Origin: Psammoneis japonica
Lineage: Eukaryota
Length of the DNA: 64,000 bases
Direction of reading: 5' to 3'
Assembly (NCBI GenBank): GCA_008632985.1
Contig: QPGO01000005.1
Location: forward strand, 765,607 to 829,606
The notes under the pieces were generated by a model, which saw only the letters and a list, made by a program, of their open reading frames with translations, was not told where the DNA came from and searched no databases. This document shows, piece after piece, positions 1-11,800 of the stretch; within the stretch, counting starts at the first letter, position 1; each line of letters starts with the position of its first letter. The translations under genes were made by a program, and so were the position numbers.

Positions 1-952
1 ACAAGATTGAGAAAGAGGGCAAGAGGGCGGCGGCTTAAAAACTCCAGTCACATTGACAGCAGATTAGCATGCCATTTGCATCACTGGTGTTTATTGTAAG
101 AGTCTCAAACTTAACAACCTAACATGCTCTATCATGCGACACCACTGGCAGTTTCGGATCGACGGCAGATTAGCTTGCTGTTTGCACCACTGGCATTCAT
201 TGTGGGAGTCTTAATTTTAACTACTACATCATATGCTCTATCACATGTCACACAACATACAATGGTGTGACACTGCCAATAGTTTCGGATCGACCATTGG
301 GAATCGAAATGCTGCACAACCTGCATCCTTCGTACACGCTTTCCCTAGTGCGCGCTTCTCCAAATTTGAAATTGCTGCATGGTTTCAAACAAAAGAGAAA
401 TCCATAATTCACAATGACACACAATGGAATCAAAGTCATTGGATGTATTGTACAATTTATGTTAAGAATGAAATAAGCAACGGGAAAATCGGTGAAAGTA
501 TCATTGAGATATCACGCCGTAAAGTGGGACACCGGCGGCTCGCATCATTGTGCTGCTGCAGTTTGCTGCGTGCAAATTGACTTGGTAAAACTTTGTGAGG
601 GTTTCGTGTCCCTTGGAAATTGTGCGTGTTGTGTGCGATTGATTATGTGTCTGTGTATGGCACTTGTATGCGTGTCGTGTCCCTCAGGAATTGGGTGTAC
701 TGTCCCTCTGAGTCGGTCTAACACTGAAAATGTGGCGGGAAACCGCAAGGGAAACCAACGGTTTTTTCGTATCACTTTTTGTGTGAACACCTTCGAACTT
801 GTACGAACCCCGATGACGTCGGCCAAATTCATCACAGTACGAGCTCCGAAGTCCAGATTTCTTCCCCCCGCCACCCACACACACACACACAACGAACACA
901 CCACACACCACACACCACACCCGCACGACATGAGAAATCTGAAAGACGCACC

Positions 953-2644
953 ATGACGAAACGGGGTAGCGGAGGCATGCCGGTTGAACCATCCATGTTG
1001 GTCGCAGTGCCATCTCCTGGTCGAAAGCGTCAACGAACTCAGAATGGTGGCGATACAGAGGCAATGATTGAGATTCGTGACGTACCTGCTCATGTGACTC
1101 CCCTGGTGTTTCAGACGCTTCGAGTTGCTACAAAGTTCTTTCAACGCGCCACAGCAGCGGCCGCTGAACCACTCATTGAAGATAGTCAGAGGAATGATAC
1201 TGATATTATTCGCTTAGATACGAGGCAGATAAGCAGTGAAGGAGTTATGGATTCGATAATGTCGCGCATCGAGGCCTCGTCATCAGAAGCGAGTGAAATC
1301 GAAAAGCAAAAGCTAAGAAAACAAAAGATGGACGAAGGCATTAAGGAGTTGATGGAGTGTATTCGGAAAGAAGTTAGGCTGTTCACAAGCACTGACGAGA
1401 AAAAGAGAGAGACAATAAGGACGAGGAAATCCGTTCCCGTTGCTTGTCTAATCTATATCTGCAACCTTTGCAAAACTCATGTTCGTGTTGCCGTCCGTCG
1501 GGCATCACTCCGGACGTTTGGAGTCCTTCTGATGAAAAGTAGCGAGTGCCGAGAATACATGGCACAGGATAGAAACTTACTGGACTGGCTGGAATCCATC
1601 GTTTTCGCTTCTCAGTTTGATGGGTGGAAGAACCCCGACGAGGCTTCGGTTCAAATACCGCTTTTTCAACGGGAAGCCCTCGAGTGGGTCAATGCTCTTA
1701 CCGATCGATACGTATCCTATTACCCCAAACTGCAGGTTGCTCTTAGATACATCGAACAACACTGTCCAAACTTGCGGTACGGGGGGCAAGAAACGACTAC
1801 CACAACAAGCGCACCGGCGGAGTTGCGTCGTTTGCGAGACTTGGCGATCAACCATGGGCGCGAGGAATGTCAGCGCGTTCAGCGACTCGCACAAAAGGCT
1901 CAAACTTACTTGGATATTCTGGTACCAAGATTCGGGCACGATGCAAATGAATCTTTGCAAGAGAGAACAAGTGATGATGAAGAGGAGGAAAGTGATGTGG
2001 ATTGGGAAGACGGAGTGGAAGAAGACAACAACAGCCGATTTGAGCAGAATAATGATTCACACGAGTCCGCCGTGGAACATACTTTGGCTCTCATGGTGAA
2101 TACGGGCGGTGTTCTACAGAATGGCACACTAGAAATTCAATTTGATGTCCAATCAGAAGTACCAGAACAACAACGACAGGAGGAACACGTGCCACCTGCT
2201 GAACAGACGGTCCTACCAAAGCTAGAAAAGATCGTGAAACGCCTCTCACAACGGCGAATGCCCCGCCTCACATCATGGGCAGATGCTCTGATACGAGCAG
2301 ATGGTTTGACGCTTCAGGATGGGGCACTCGTGTTGATGCCTAGTGAAGTTTCTCGTGAACGACGCAGTGTCCTCCAACTGCTCTTGGATACAAAGGCAAG
2401 TGTGGCTACAATTTTTGCATCAGCAGCCCGTCTCTCCATCCAAGGCGATCATGAATCACAAAACGTCATCAGTAGCAGTGTTTCACGAGTACCAGCCCTA
2501 CCTCCAAGAAACGTTGGGGCTGCAAGAACTAGAATCGGTGAGCGAAACCGTCGAGCGATATCAAGGCCACTGATATCGCGATCTACTCAATCTGTTGCTC
2601 GACAACGTTCCAACCGCGTTCAAATAAAATACAGAACTACATGA
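953..2644 (+). CDS. UVSSA-like protein (N-terminal VHS/ARM-like region of UV-stimulated scaffold protein A)
   Basis: Long ORF 779-2644, first plausible ATG at 953. The segments 'VRRASLRTFGVLLMKSSECR', 'QREALEWVNALTDRYVSYYPKLQVALRYI' and 'LDILVPRF' followed by an acidic tract resemble my recollection of the UVSSA N-terminal half. Normal Tyr and TpA content. Confidence 0.55.
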   Translation: MTKRGSGGMPVEPSMLVAVPSPGRKRQRTQNGGDTEAMIEIRDVPAHVTPLVFQTLRVATKFFQRATAAAAEPLIEDSQRNDTDIIRLDTRQISSEGVMDSIMSRIEASSSEASEIEKQKLRKQKMDEGIKELMECIRKEVRLFTSTDEKKRETIRTRKSVPVACLIYICNLCKTHVRVAVRRASLRTFGVLLMKSSECREYMAQDRNLLDWLESIVFASQFDGWKNPDEASVQIPLFQREALEWVNALTDRYVSYYPKLQVALRYIEQHCPNLRYGGQETTTTTSAPAELRRLRDLAINHGREECQRVQRLAQKAQTYLDILVPRFGHDANESLQERTSDDEEEESDVDWEDGVEEDNNSRFEQNNDSHESAVEHTLALMVNTGGVLQNGTLEIQFDVQSEVPEQQRQEEHVPPAEQTVLPKLEKIVKRLSQRRMPRLTSWADALIRADGLTLQDGALVLMPSEVSRERRSVLQLLLDTKASVATIFASAARLSIQGDHESQNVISSSVSRVPALPPRNVGAARTRIGERNRRAISRPLISRSTQSVARQRSNRVQIKYRTT

Positions 2645-3317
2645 ACATACGCTAATGGCGCCGCAGTACGGAAAAATACCTTATTAACCTTTGACAACTG
2701 TTATAATACCTTCTGTACTGCGCTGCAACACAAATCTCACGACAAACTATGCGGAATAACTTACACGCAACTAAAGATCGCTATATTGTACTATTAGTCT
2801 TTCTACTTCTATTGGAAAAGTTTCACAATGTGTTTCAAAATTTTGAAACACACCATTGTCAAAAGTTGATATAGATATCGGTCGCGTAGGGTAATGATGC
2901 CTCAAGAGCGCCATCAAAAGATGGTGCTCAAGCTTTTTCGTATCGTTAGAGTGAAATATCACCCCAAAAAAAGAAAAAGGGGGGACGTAATACGGAGACA
3001 ACAAGAAAACTTGCAAGTCAACCGCTTGCTAAGCCATTCACTCCCTACGAGTGAAGGCTTACCGTGCTACCGTGTCACCGGTACGGCGAAACCCCGATTC
3101 AGCGTTCCATCAACGGTATGATCTGCTCGGCAAGCTCTTGCTGCTTTGCAGACGAACACTTGCTGTCTGTTTCAACAGCCGTGGTCTTGACTGACCAAGT
3201 GAACGGACAACTTCCTACGCTCAAAGACACGAGAGTGACATGGACTCAAGGCCGGAGAGACGCATTCGATTTGCCCCGACCTCCGGACTTAACTGGCAAC
3301 ACCTACGCTACCGATTG

Positions 3318-3611
3318 GAGACAACATGCTATCAAGCAAAATGAGTTGTGGAGCACCAAACAAGAGCGAGTGCTCAATCCAGAGGAAGGGCGAGCCATCC
3401 TTGGCGATTGCGGCACTCAAGCTTGGCGAACAACAACACAACGTGCGAGACGACGAGTTGAAAAGAGAGACAACACTCCATCAAGCAAAATGAGTTGTGG
3501 AGCACCAAACAAGAGCAGGCAATTAGAACCAGAGGAAGGGCGAGCCAACCTTGGGTGTCGCGGCATTCCGGCTTGGCGAACAACAAGCACATCGTGCGAG
3601 ACGACGAGTTG
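3318..3611. repeat. Two diverged tandem copies of a ~149-bp unit
   Basis: 'atcaagcaaaatgagttgtggagcaccaaacaagagc...ccagaggaagggcgagcca...gcttggcgaacaacaa...cgtgcgagacgacgagttg' starts at 3331 and again at 3480. Confidence 0.85.
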
Positions 3612-3654
3612 TGAGCGAAAATCGAGCGCAAAGAATTTCCGAGAGAGTTGTGTT

Positions 3655-3945
3655 TGCCAAGTGGCGCCAAGTAATAGTGTAAAGTAGCGTTGTAAAGTTG
3701 ACTGTTGCTTATGTTGTGAGAAGAAATGAAAGAGATTCGGCTACTCCGAAATCTCGTAGAATTAATACTAAGAAACCGCGTAGAAATATAAAGAAACAAT
3801 CTTTCGAGAGGCATCGAGATGTATCGAGAAAGGAGAAGAGGTTTCTAGAAAGTGTCATCGTTGACATCCTTTTGACACTTTTGACACCAGGCTGACATCC
3901 ACGAATGAATGTACGAATGAATGTAGATGACCGTGATACTCGGCA
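3655..3945 (-). repeat. 3' LTR of element 1
   Basis: tgccaagt...actcggca (imperfect terminal inverted repeat), direct repeat of 8264-8554. Retains most TpA sites. Confidence 0.96.
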
Positions 3946-3956
3946 CTCGCTTCCCC
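3946..3956 (-). other. Polypurine tract of element 1
   Basis: Minus strand reads GGGGAAGCGAG immediately before the 3' LTR. Confidence 0.85.
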
Positions 3957-3966
3957 AATTGAGACG

Positions 3967-6900
3967 TTAGAAGACAGGGTGAAGACGGCGGATGTTGATA
4001 CGTTCAGTGACGTGAGGCGAGCGCTGGATGGTAACGGTTCCATTGGCATGGACACGTACGATGCGGCAAGGACCATCTTTGGTGTTGAGTTTGCGTTGGA
4101 TGTCTTTGGTCACAACGAAGACTTGATCGCCGATGTTGCAGTCGCAAGCAAGACGTTTTGCGTTTTCGCGGAGATTGTTGCGTAGGACATCGCGCTTGCG
4201 ACGGGCATTGATCATTTTCCAGTTCGCAAGACAAGCAGCAGAAATGACCATGTCTCGACCGAAGACAATTTGTCCGGGAGACGACACAAGGGCAGCATGG
4301 CAGGTGCTGCGCAAGGCCCATGCAACAGATTGCAAAATTCCATGAATTGTGTCTTCGTCATGATCGCGAGAAGGGAGATCCATCGCACGGAGAGAATCGG
4401 CTATCACTTGATGAATGCGTTCAACGAACGCGTTGGCTTGAGGATTCTTGATTGTTGCAGGTTTCGGTTTAACACCACAACTGTAGAGGAGATCTGTAAA
4501 CTCGGAAGTGAATTCGGAACCATTGTCATAAATGACAATTTCTGGTCGCGGATGGCGACAAAACCACTCGCGATCGACGACAAGTGAAATGTCTTCGGAC
4601 GTTTTGGACTTGCAGTTCGCGAGTTCGACCCAACGGGTTGCGACATCAACAATTGAAACGGCTCTGATTTTGCGATCGACACCATTCTTGTCGGCACACG
4701 TCCAGGGACCGAAAAGATCGACTTGAGTTGCCTGCCAAGGTTCACAAGCAGTGTCTGGAAGAGGCAATTCGCCACAGTTTGCCGCAGCACGCTTGGATTT
4801 GGAACACGTGCGGCACTTGCGGACAAAAGTGCGGACTTTCGTCTGCATGTCGCGAGTGTAAAAATGTGAAGCCAAAGTTTGGCAGGTGCGATTGGCACCA
4901 GGATGGCAGAGAGTTTCATGGCACCACCGTAGAACTGCAGGAAAAAGCGTTGGAGGGAGGACAATCTTGTCCTTGTAAAGGACAATCTGTTTTCCGTTGA
5001 GTGGTTCAGCTGAGTGGGATTCGGACTTGTCGAGTCGTTGCTGAAGAGCAGAATCTTTTTTCTGATGGTCGGCGACAATGTCGAAAGTAACGGGGAATGT
5101 CGAAGGATCGATTTCCAACGAAGTCATTTCCTCGTAATCGCTTTGATCGACTTGGACAACAGGATGGCGACTCAAAAAATCAGCCACGACATTCTTGTGG
5201 CCTGGCAGGTGCTCGAAAGAGCAGCCGCACTCCTCGAGAAGCAAACGCCAGCGTTTGACGCGTTCTGACTTGAATTTGTCAAATGCAAGATTTTTGTGAT
5301 CGGTGAACAGGTAGCATCGATGACCAAAAAGGATGCTTTTGAAATTTTCGGTCGTTTCCACGAGCGACAGCAGCTCTTTTTCCATTGTCGTGTGGTTTCG
5401 TTGCGCTTGAGACAATTTTCGGCTGTAGAGCGCAATTGGCCATTCGCCATCATCAAATTCTTGAGCAATCACTGCACCAAGTTGACAATCACTCGCATCC
5501 GGATAGATCTTGAAAGGTTGAGAGAAGTCGGGGAATCGGTGGAGGATTTCGCGCGCCACAATTTTTTTCATCTGATTGAAAGCTTCCGTGTGGACGTCAG
5601 TCCACTTGAATTTGACTTTGTCTGATGACAGCGCAGTCAAGGGCGTAAGAGTGTGGCTGCGTCGGCACCACAATTTCTTGCAACAATTCACGAACCCGAT
5701 GAAACCACGTAATTGTCGATGGTTTTGAGGGCGAGCGAAGCGAAGCAAGGGTGGGATTTTCTTTTTCTGAGGCTGAACACCTTTTGCAGTCATGGTGTAG
5801 CCCAAGTAGTCGACGGTCTTGGCGGCGAGATGGGATTCTTCGACATGTGCGTGAAGATTGTTCGTGAGGAGCCGTTGCAAGACGAGTTCGAGTCGTTGAC
5901 AGTGATGGTTGAAGTCGTTCTTGGCAAAGAGGATGACATTGTCGATGCAGACTATGACATCTTCCATGTCATGAAAAATGTCTGTCATGCAAGCTTGAAA
6001 AATGTCGCTTGCCGGTTTGATTCCTTGCGGCAGGCGGTTGCAGCAACACTTGCCCCACGGCAGGATGATGCCGCAGAGTTTTTTCGACTCGTCGTCAAGC
6101 ACGAAGTGACAGCAGCCTCGGTTGAGGTCCAAACATGTCGCACAGGTAAAGCCGTTCATTTTCCATACGACGTCGTCGACAACAGGCAGTGGATGTGGAT
6201 GCCGTTCGAGACACTCGTTGAGTTTCCGTAAATCGGATAAGAAACGGATGCCACCGCTCTTCTTCGATCGGAAAAGACAGGGTGCACCCCAGGGAGAGTG
6301 AAGTTTGCGCGTGGTGACATCGATTTTTTCCAATTCATCCACTTCTTTGCGAGCCATGGGATGTGACGCTTGCGGAATGGTGCAAGCTTTCGCACAGCAT
6401 GGACGCGATCCTGGTTTCAGGGTCAAATGGACGGGTTTGCCGGGCACAGCTCCAAGTGCACCATCAAACAATTGTGGGTGTCGTCCGAAGAGTTTGATGA
6501 GTTGGTGCTGTTGATCGTCATCAAGGTGTTTGCAGCGTAGAACCATGTCGCGACAATTGTGTTTGTCGTGCGCATTGCTCGTCACACCTCGAACCTGACA
6601 GTTGACGGCATTCTGGAAGAACTTGGGCAATTCAGCATCGCCGGGATGAATCGCGTTAACTTCGACTTGGTCGAAAGAGCCCTTGGATCGCATGGATAGG
6701 GTGACATCGTCCCACGTGATTGTTTGATGCCGAAAATCAAAAACGAGTCCCATTTCTGTGGCGGTTTTTCTTCCGATGACAACATCGTGTTTTCCCACGG
6801 CTTTGTCTTCCACACAAGCATCAACGGAAACCTTCTTGGACGATGCGAAGTCTGGGAACTTAAACGTGAGTGTCGCAATCTCGTGCAGATTAACGGCACT

Positions 6901-8190
6901 GTAACGGCCTTTAACGGGAACGTCACATTTACGGATTTTGTGAGGAATCCCGTGAAGGGCTGAGCGCTTCACAAAATTGCGATTTGCGCCGGTGTCGAGT
7001 AAAGCAACACGGAACTTGTGCATTCCAGAATGAGTGTCAATCATCTGGACACGCGCTTCCGTGGTAAGATTGTCTTCTACTTCGGATTCGATGGAATCGT
7101 CTAGAAGAGACGTGACGTCTTCAAAAATGTCGTTGACATCATCTGACGCGATGCCATCGACATCGTTAGAAGCGGAGCGACCAGCTTTGGAGTCCACATC
7201 ATTGTTTTCGACGTTCCGTGTGCGGCTCCGTGTAGGATGGCGGTGTGTCGGCTCGTTTCGAGAGTTATTTTGTTGATTCGGCGCATTCCGATTTGCGCGG
7301 TTCCGCTCATAATTTTCACGTTCACGACGGATGACATTGCACTCTTGACCGTTCGGATGTACAACGCCATGGATTGGACATGTTTGTCCACGATTGTTTT
7401 GGTTCCTGTTCCTGGCATCGCGATTTTGGTCGTCATTCTGGCCGCGACGCGTATTTCGACCGTTGTTGCGTTGACTCCGATTGTTGTTGCGTCTGTTGTT
7501 GTCGGTGGACCCTTTGTCACCACGTTGTTCCATGCGTCGGAGAGTCTCGTAGCATTGAGCTTGGTCGTTCAAGTTTAAGTTGCGAAGACGGGCTTTAGTC
7601 TGAGTTTCGGCCCATGATCTTGGTCCACATTTTCGAAGGATCATGGACAATTCCGCTTCCGTGAATGACGGAACTCTTTCGGCGTCATCTTCGGATGGCG
7701 CAGGCATGATGTTAATCAACTTGTTAAAGCAACGGATGTCATTGACAAATGACTTGACAGTTTGGTTCCTGGGTTTCTTAAGGCTTTGAAGCCATTCCTT
7801 GGTGTCAAGGGCAATTTCTCCATCCATGCATTGGAGTAGAAATTCTTCACGACAAGTGTCGAATGTAACTTGGTCGCGGTTTTCGCATTCGTTTACAATG
7901 ATTTCCCAGTCGTCTTTTGGTGTTCCGGTCATAAGTCTGGTCACGAGCCGGAAACGTGGCTGTCCTTCAGCCGCACCGAGATCGTCGACAAGTTCATCGA
8001 AGTTTGACCAGAAGGTAAGAACATCTTCCGGTTCAGTTGAAGCTAACTTGCGCACCTCGATCGCAGTTTTAAGCCCATCTGGATCGTCAGGATCAATGGG
8101 GCTTTCAAAAGACACGAATTGGTCTTTGCGTTGCTCTTCCTCAGAGCGGTCAGGATGCTTAAGTTCGAATGGGCAGTTTTCTGCTGACAT
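3967..8190 (-). pseudogene. Gag-Pol polyprotein, open (1407 aa) but probably inactive
   Basis: Gag CPIH-x-H-x-C knuckle, protease LLDTGA, RT (PWGAP, DLRKLN, LDLNRGCCH, RLPQG, CIDN in place of YIDD), RNase H (DASD, FTDHKNL) and integrase (HHCC, DLFG, DNGSEF, VER). Conserved Tyr residues are replaced by Cys/His and a catalytic RT Asp is Asn. Confidence 0.93.
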
Positions 8191-8263
8191 GTCTGGTCAG
8201 GACAATGTGATCGGCAGATGTGTCTCAAGAGAGATGAACAAATGTTTGGGAGTGAATTTGCCA

Positions 8264-8554
8264 TGCCAAGTGGCGCCAAGTGACAGTGTAAAGCAGCGTT
8301 GTAAAGTTGACTGTTGCTGACATTGTGAGAAGAAATGAAAGAGATTCGGCTGCTCCGAAATCTCGCAGAATTAATGCTGAGAAACCGCGCAGAAATGTAA
8401 AGAAACAATCTTTCGAGAGGCATCGAGATGCATCGAGAAAGGAGAAGAGGTTTCTAGAAAGTGTCATCGTTGACATCCTTTTGACACTTTTGACACCAGG
8501 CTGACATCCACGAATGAACACACGAATGAATGTAGATGACCGTGACACTCGGCA
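8264..8554 (-). repeat. 5' LTR of element 1
   Basis: Direct repeat of 3655-3945. Followed on the minus strand by TGGCAAATTCAC, a PBS-like sequence starting TGG (tRNA not identified). Confidence 0.96.
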
Positions 8555-8806
8555 GTGTTGTGTCATGACCGTTGCTAAATTTCTCAATCACTGTCATTTT
8601 GTGTAACTTGGTGGAATTAACACCATGATTTCGTATGTAGAAGATTGGTGGGAACTCGGCACTTTCAAAATTGTTGCTGATTCCTTCGCACACTTTACGG
8701 CAACCATGCAAAACGCAAAAAAACTGCCGCCGAGCGACGGACGAGCTCCGGAATTTCGAAATTCTTCATCTTCCATTCTGCATCCTGATCCTCGCCGAAC
8801 GATGAG

Positions 8807-11800
8807 ATGAGCGAGTCATCAAATGACAACCACAACAACGAAGGGCTGGACCGCTGCACTCCTGTGATTGATTGTCAGCGTCAATTGTTTCTGTGTGACA
8901 AATCCACAACAAAAACAAGCAAGCGTGTGGTTCGCGGTGAGCACGCAAAAGGATCCGGCGGAGCAATCTGTCGTCACAGTTCTCACTTGGGTTGGAAGGG
9001 GAAAGAATTGAAAACGAAGACAAGAGCAGTGGCTGGTGCCGCATCAACAACGTCCTTGTTCCAGAAGCTCCGCGACGACGTCAGCCGTTCCTGGGAGACG
9101 CAAGGTCACCCGTCCAAGCAAGTGGTGGATTTGGTTGTGTCTGTTGCCAATTCTTCAACTTCTGCTGCAGCCCAAAAGGCATGCCACATGCCCTTGTTGA
9201 AGGACAAACATCCTCGCGCAACCCCCGTTCAGAGCCCCCCACAAAGAAATCTGTCAAGTGGTTCAAGTCTCGGCAGTGCCAATTCTCTCTGTTTCCTGCT
9301 GTCAGTTGATTTCCAAGTGATGGAAGCCTTGGCCAAAGTGCCAAGGATCTGCCTGGGAGTGAGTCAGATCATGCCTCACATCTGTTTCCCAGCACAGGCA
9401 CCAGGCATGAAGCCACACTGAACACCATGGTCGACATGTGCATGGGGCTGAATCTTGGTCGACTCGCGCATCATGAGAGCATCCACAAAACTCACCCCGA
9501 GATCGTAGAGACCTTCGAGTTTGTCAAAGACATTGACAACCTTGAAGAATTCTCTGTTGGAGGAGCAGATGAGGATGGCAATGCCACTTGTGTCATTGCT
9601 GTCATTGTGTGCAAGACTCCTTTCAAAGTGAGTGGTCAAAATGTGTTGGTGTCATTTGGGCTGGCCAAGTCCGCAGCTGCCAATGCAATTTTGGGTTTGC
9701 CTTTTCTTTGGGCCACCAACAGCACTCTTTTCATGCATTGTGAGTCTGAAGAAACTTTGTTGTGCCAAAGGTCAGGTCACACCTTCCCAGCACACTGTCA
9801 GGTCCCACATCGAGCGGACCAAGCACCCTTGACAGGCGGCATGGGGTCTCAAGCGGCTCATGCGTTGTCACCGTTGGATGCAACGTGGAAACCCATTTCC
9901 GATGCTGCAGAGCGCCCCCAAGCCGAAGTCAAGGTCTCCATGGCGCCAGAAGCTAAGCAGCAGCTCAACATCAACCAAGGATGCATTGTTTTCAATGATT
10001 TGTTGGAATTCTTCATGTCTGCCCAGTGTGAAGATCCTGGCATTCCAAACCCCGAACACAATTTCATTCCTAAAGTTGAACAAGACGAATGAGAGTTGCT
10101 TTCTAGCCCAACCTTGGAGTCATCATTTTGCTTGTCAAGTCCTTGTGTGAGCATTGTGCTGGCGTTTCAAGGTCTCTTGTGGCGTCAAGCCAGTCTATGT
10201 GCATTCTTGATCGACTCTGCAAGAACATGTTGCGAGCCCTCTGTGTCATCTGTGTCTTCTACATTCAAGCCTTTATTTCCATCTAAACCGTCTCCAAGTT
10301 TACAAGGTGCTGTTTGCACCTCAAAGAAAATTTGGTGCCCGAAGCTCCCGTCGCATCATGTCAAACCCGACAATTGTCCAGATCCATTAGATGGCATGGA
10401 GGTCATCTTTAAAGAACACGGCTGTTCCCCAAGGAAGTCAGTTGCAGCTCTTCAGCCTCGCGATGATGTGTCATCCAATGGAACCCCAAGCCATGTCAAG
10501 CCGAGTTCAATCAAAACATCCGGTGGTTGGACTGTCCCGAAATTCACAAGCCAAGAATCACAGAAACAATCCACAAGCATTGGGATGCATTCTGTGAGGA
10601 AGGGCTGCAAAAACATGTTCGTGGTTTCTCATGTCGAGTTGACACAGGAGATGTTGTCCCGACATCTTGCAAACCACCCCGTTGTGGTCCGCACAAATCC
10701 AAGATCATGATGAAGCCACTCGACCATCTCAAAAACAACGGTTTGATTTCTCGCAATGATGAAAGTCCTTGGGGAGCTCTCATTGTCCCAGCAGCAAAGC
10801 CTTGCCAAGAAACAACACCCTGGCACCAGCACATTTGGTGCCTCTGTGCATCTTGCCGTTGACTGAACCAAGTGACTCGACCTTTCAACTTTCCAATTCC
10901 TTGTTGCGATGATGCCACACAAGATGTCCCGCCACAGGCAAAACATTTTCTCAGCTTCAACCTTGACTGCGGGCATTGGCAAGTGCAGTTGAAAAAGGCT
11001 TCACAAGCTGAGACAGTGTTCTTCACACCAGAAGGCAAGAGTCATTGGAACGTCATGCCAGTGGGGATCCTCAATGCGCGTGCTGTCTTCATGGCAATGA
11101 TGGCAGCTCTTCGAAAAGAGTGGAACCATGCATTTTTCAGACAGCATCCCGACTCAGACGAGAATGACGTTGGCACTCATGTTGTGGTCTGACCATGTGG
11201 TTCTGAGGTCATCGTCGACGATGTCATGTGTCATGCCACCTTGACTGATTTGTTGTTTCAACATTTTGAAGAAGTCCTTCAAATTCTTCTTCATCATTGC
11301 ATCACCATAAAACTCAAGAAGTGCAAGTGGTTGTCTCCATTCATGGAATTTGTTGGGGTTGACGTCCACCGTGACGGAAATTCTCTGGCCCATTCTAAAT
11401 TGGATGCATTCTGCACTCTCCCACCACCCGAGACATGGGGAGACTTGTGCATGTTGATTGGCACCTTTGGTTTTTGTCAAAGTTGGATTGAACGGTTTGA
11501 GGCAAGATTGATTCCGTTCAGACGCCTTCAAGTCCAACAACCGCAACCAGATGCTGTGGATCTAGAAGCAGAACAAGCCTTCTTTGCCAGATTCTGGCTC
11601 CCCGAACATCAAGAATTGTTTGACCAGCTGAAGCAAGACATTTTGTCGGGTTTGGTTTTGGTGCGCCCGGGCTGCAACCGTCAGTTCTACGTTGAGACCA
11701 ACTGGAGCAAAGATGTTGTTGGAGCTGCCCTGCTTCAAGCTGATCCCAATGATCTCACAGCCAAAGAAGCTGAACTCACTGAAGTCCAGGGTGGTCCATG

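Larger units (their letters stand above)
3655..8554 (-). mobile_element. Full-length Ty3/Gypsy LTR retrotransposon (element 1), TpA-hypermutated
   Basis: Two 291-bp LTRs with TG...CA ends, a 5-bp target-site duplication GTGTT (3650-3654 and 8555-8559), a PPT, and a single gag-pol ORF with PR-RT-RH-IN order. Confidence 0.97.

Noticed and set aside
871..921. CA/CAC-rich tract as a product of TpA conversion
   Set aside because: It lies just upstream of a gene start in TpA-normal DNA and looks like an ordinary low-complexity 5' region.
3967..8190. Alternative genetic code or RNA-level A-to-I editing explaining Cys/His at Tyr positions
   Set aside because: Host genes use Tyr normally, changes occur on both strands (TG and CA), and they differ between the two LTRs of one insertion.
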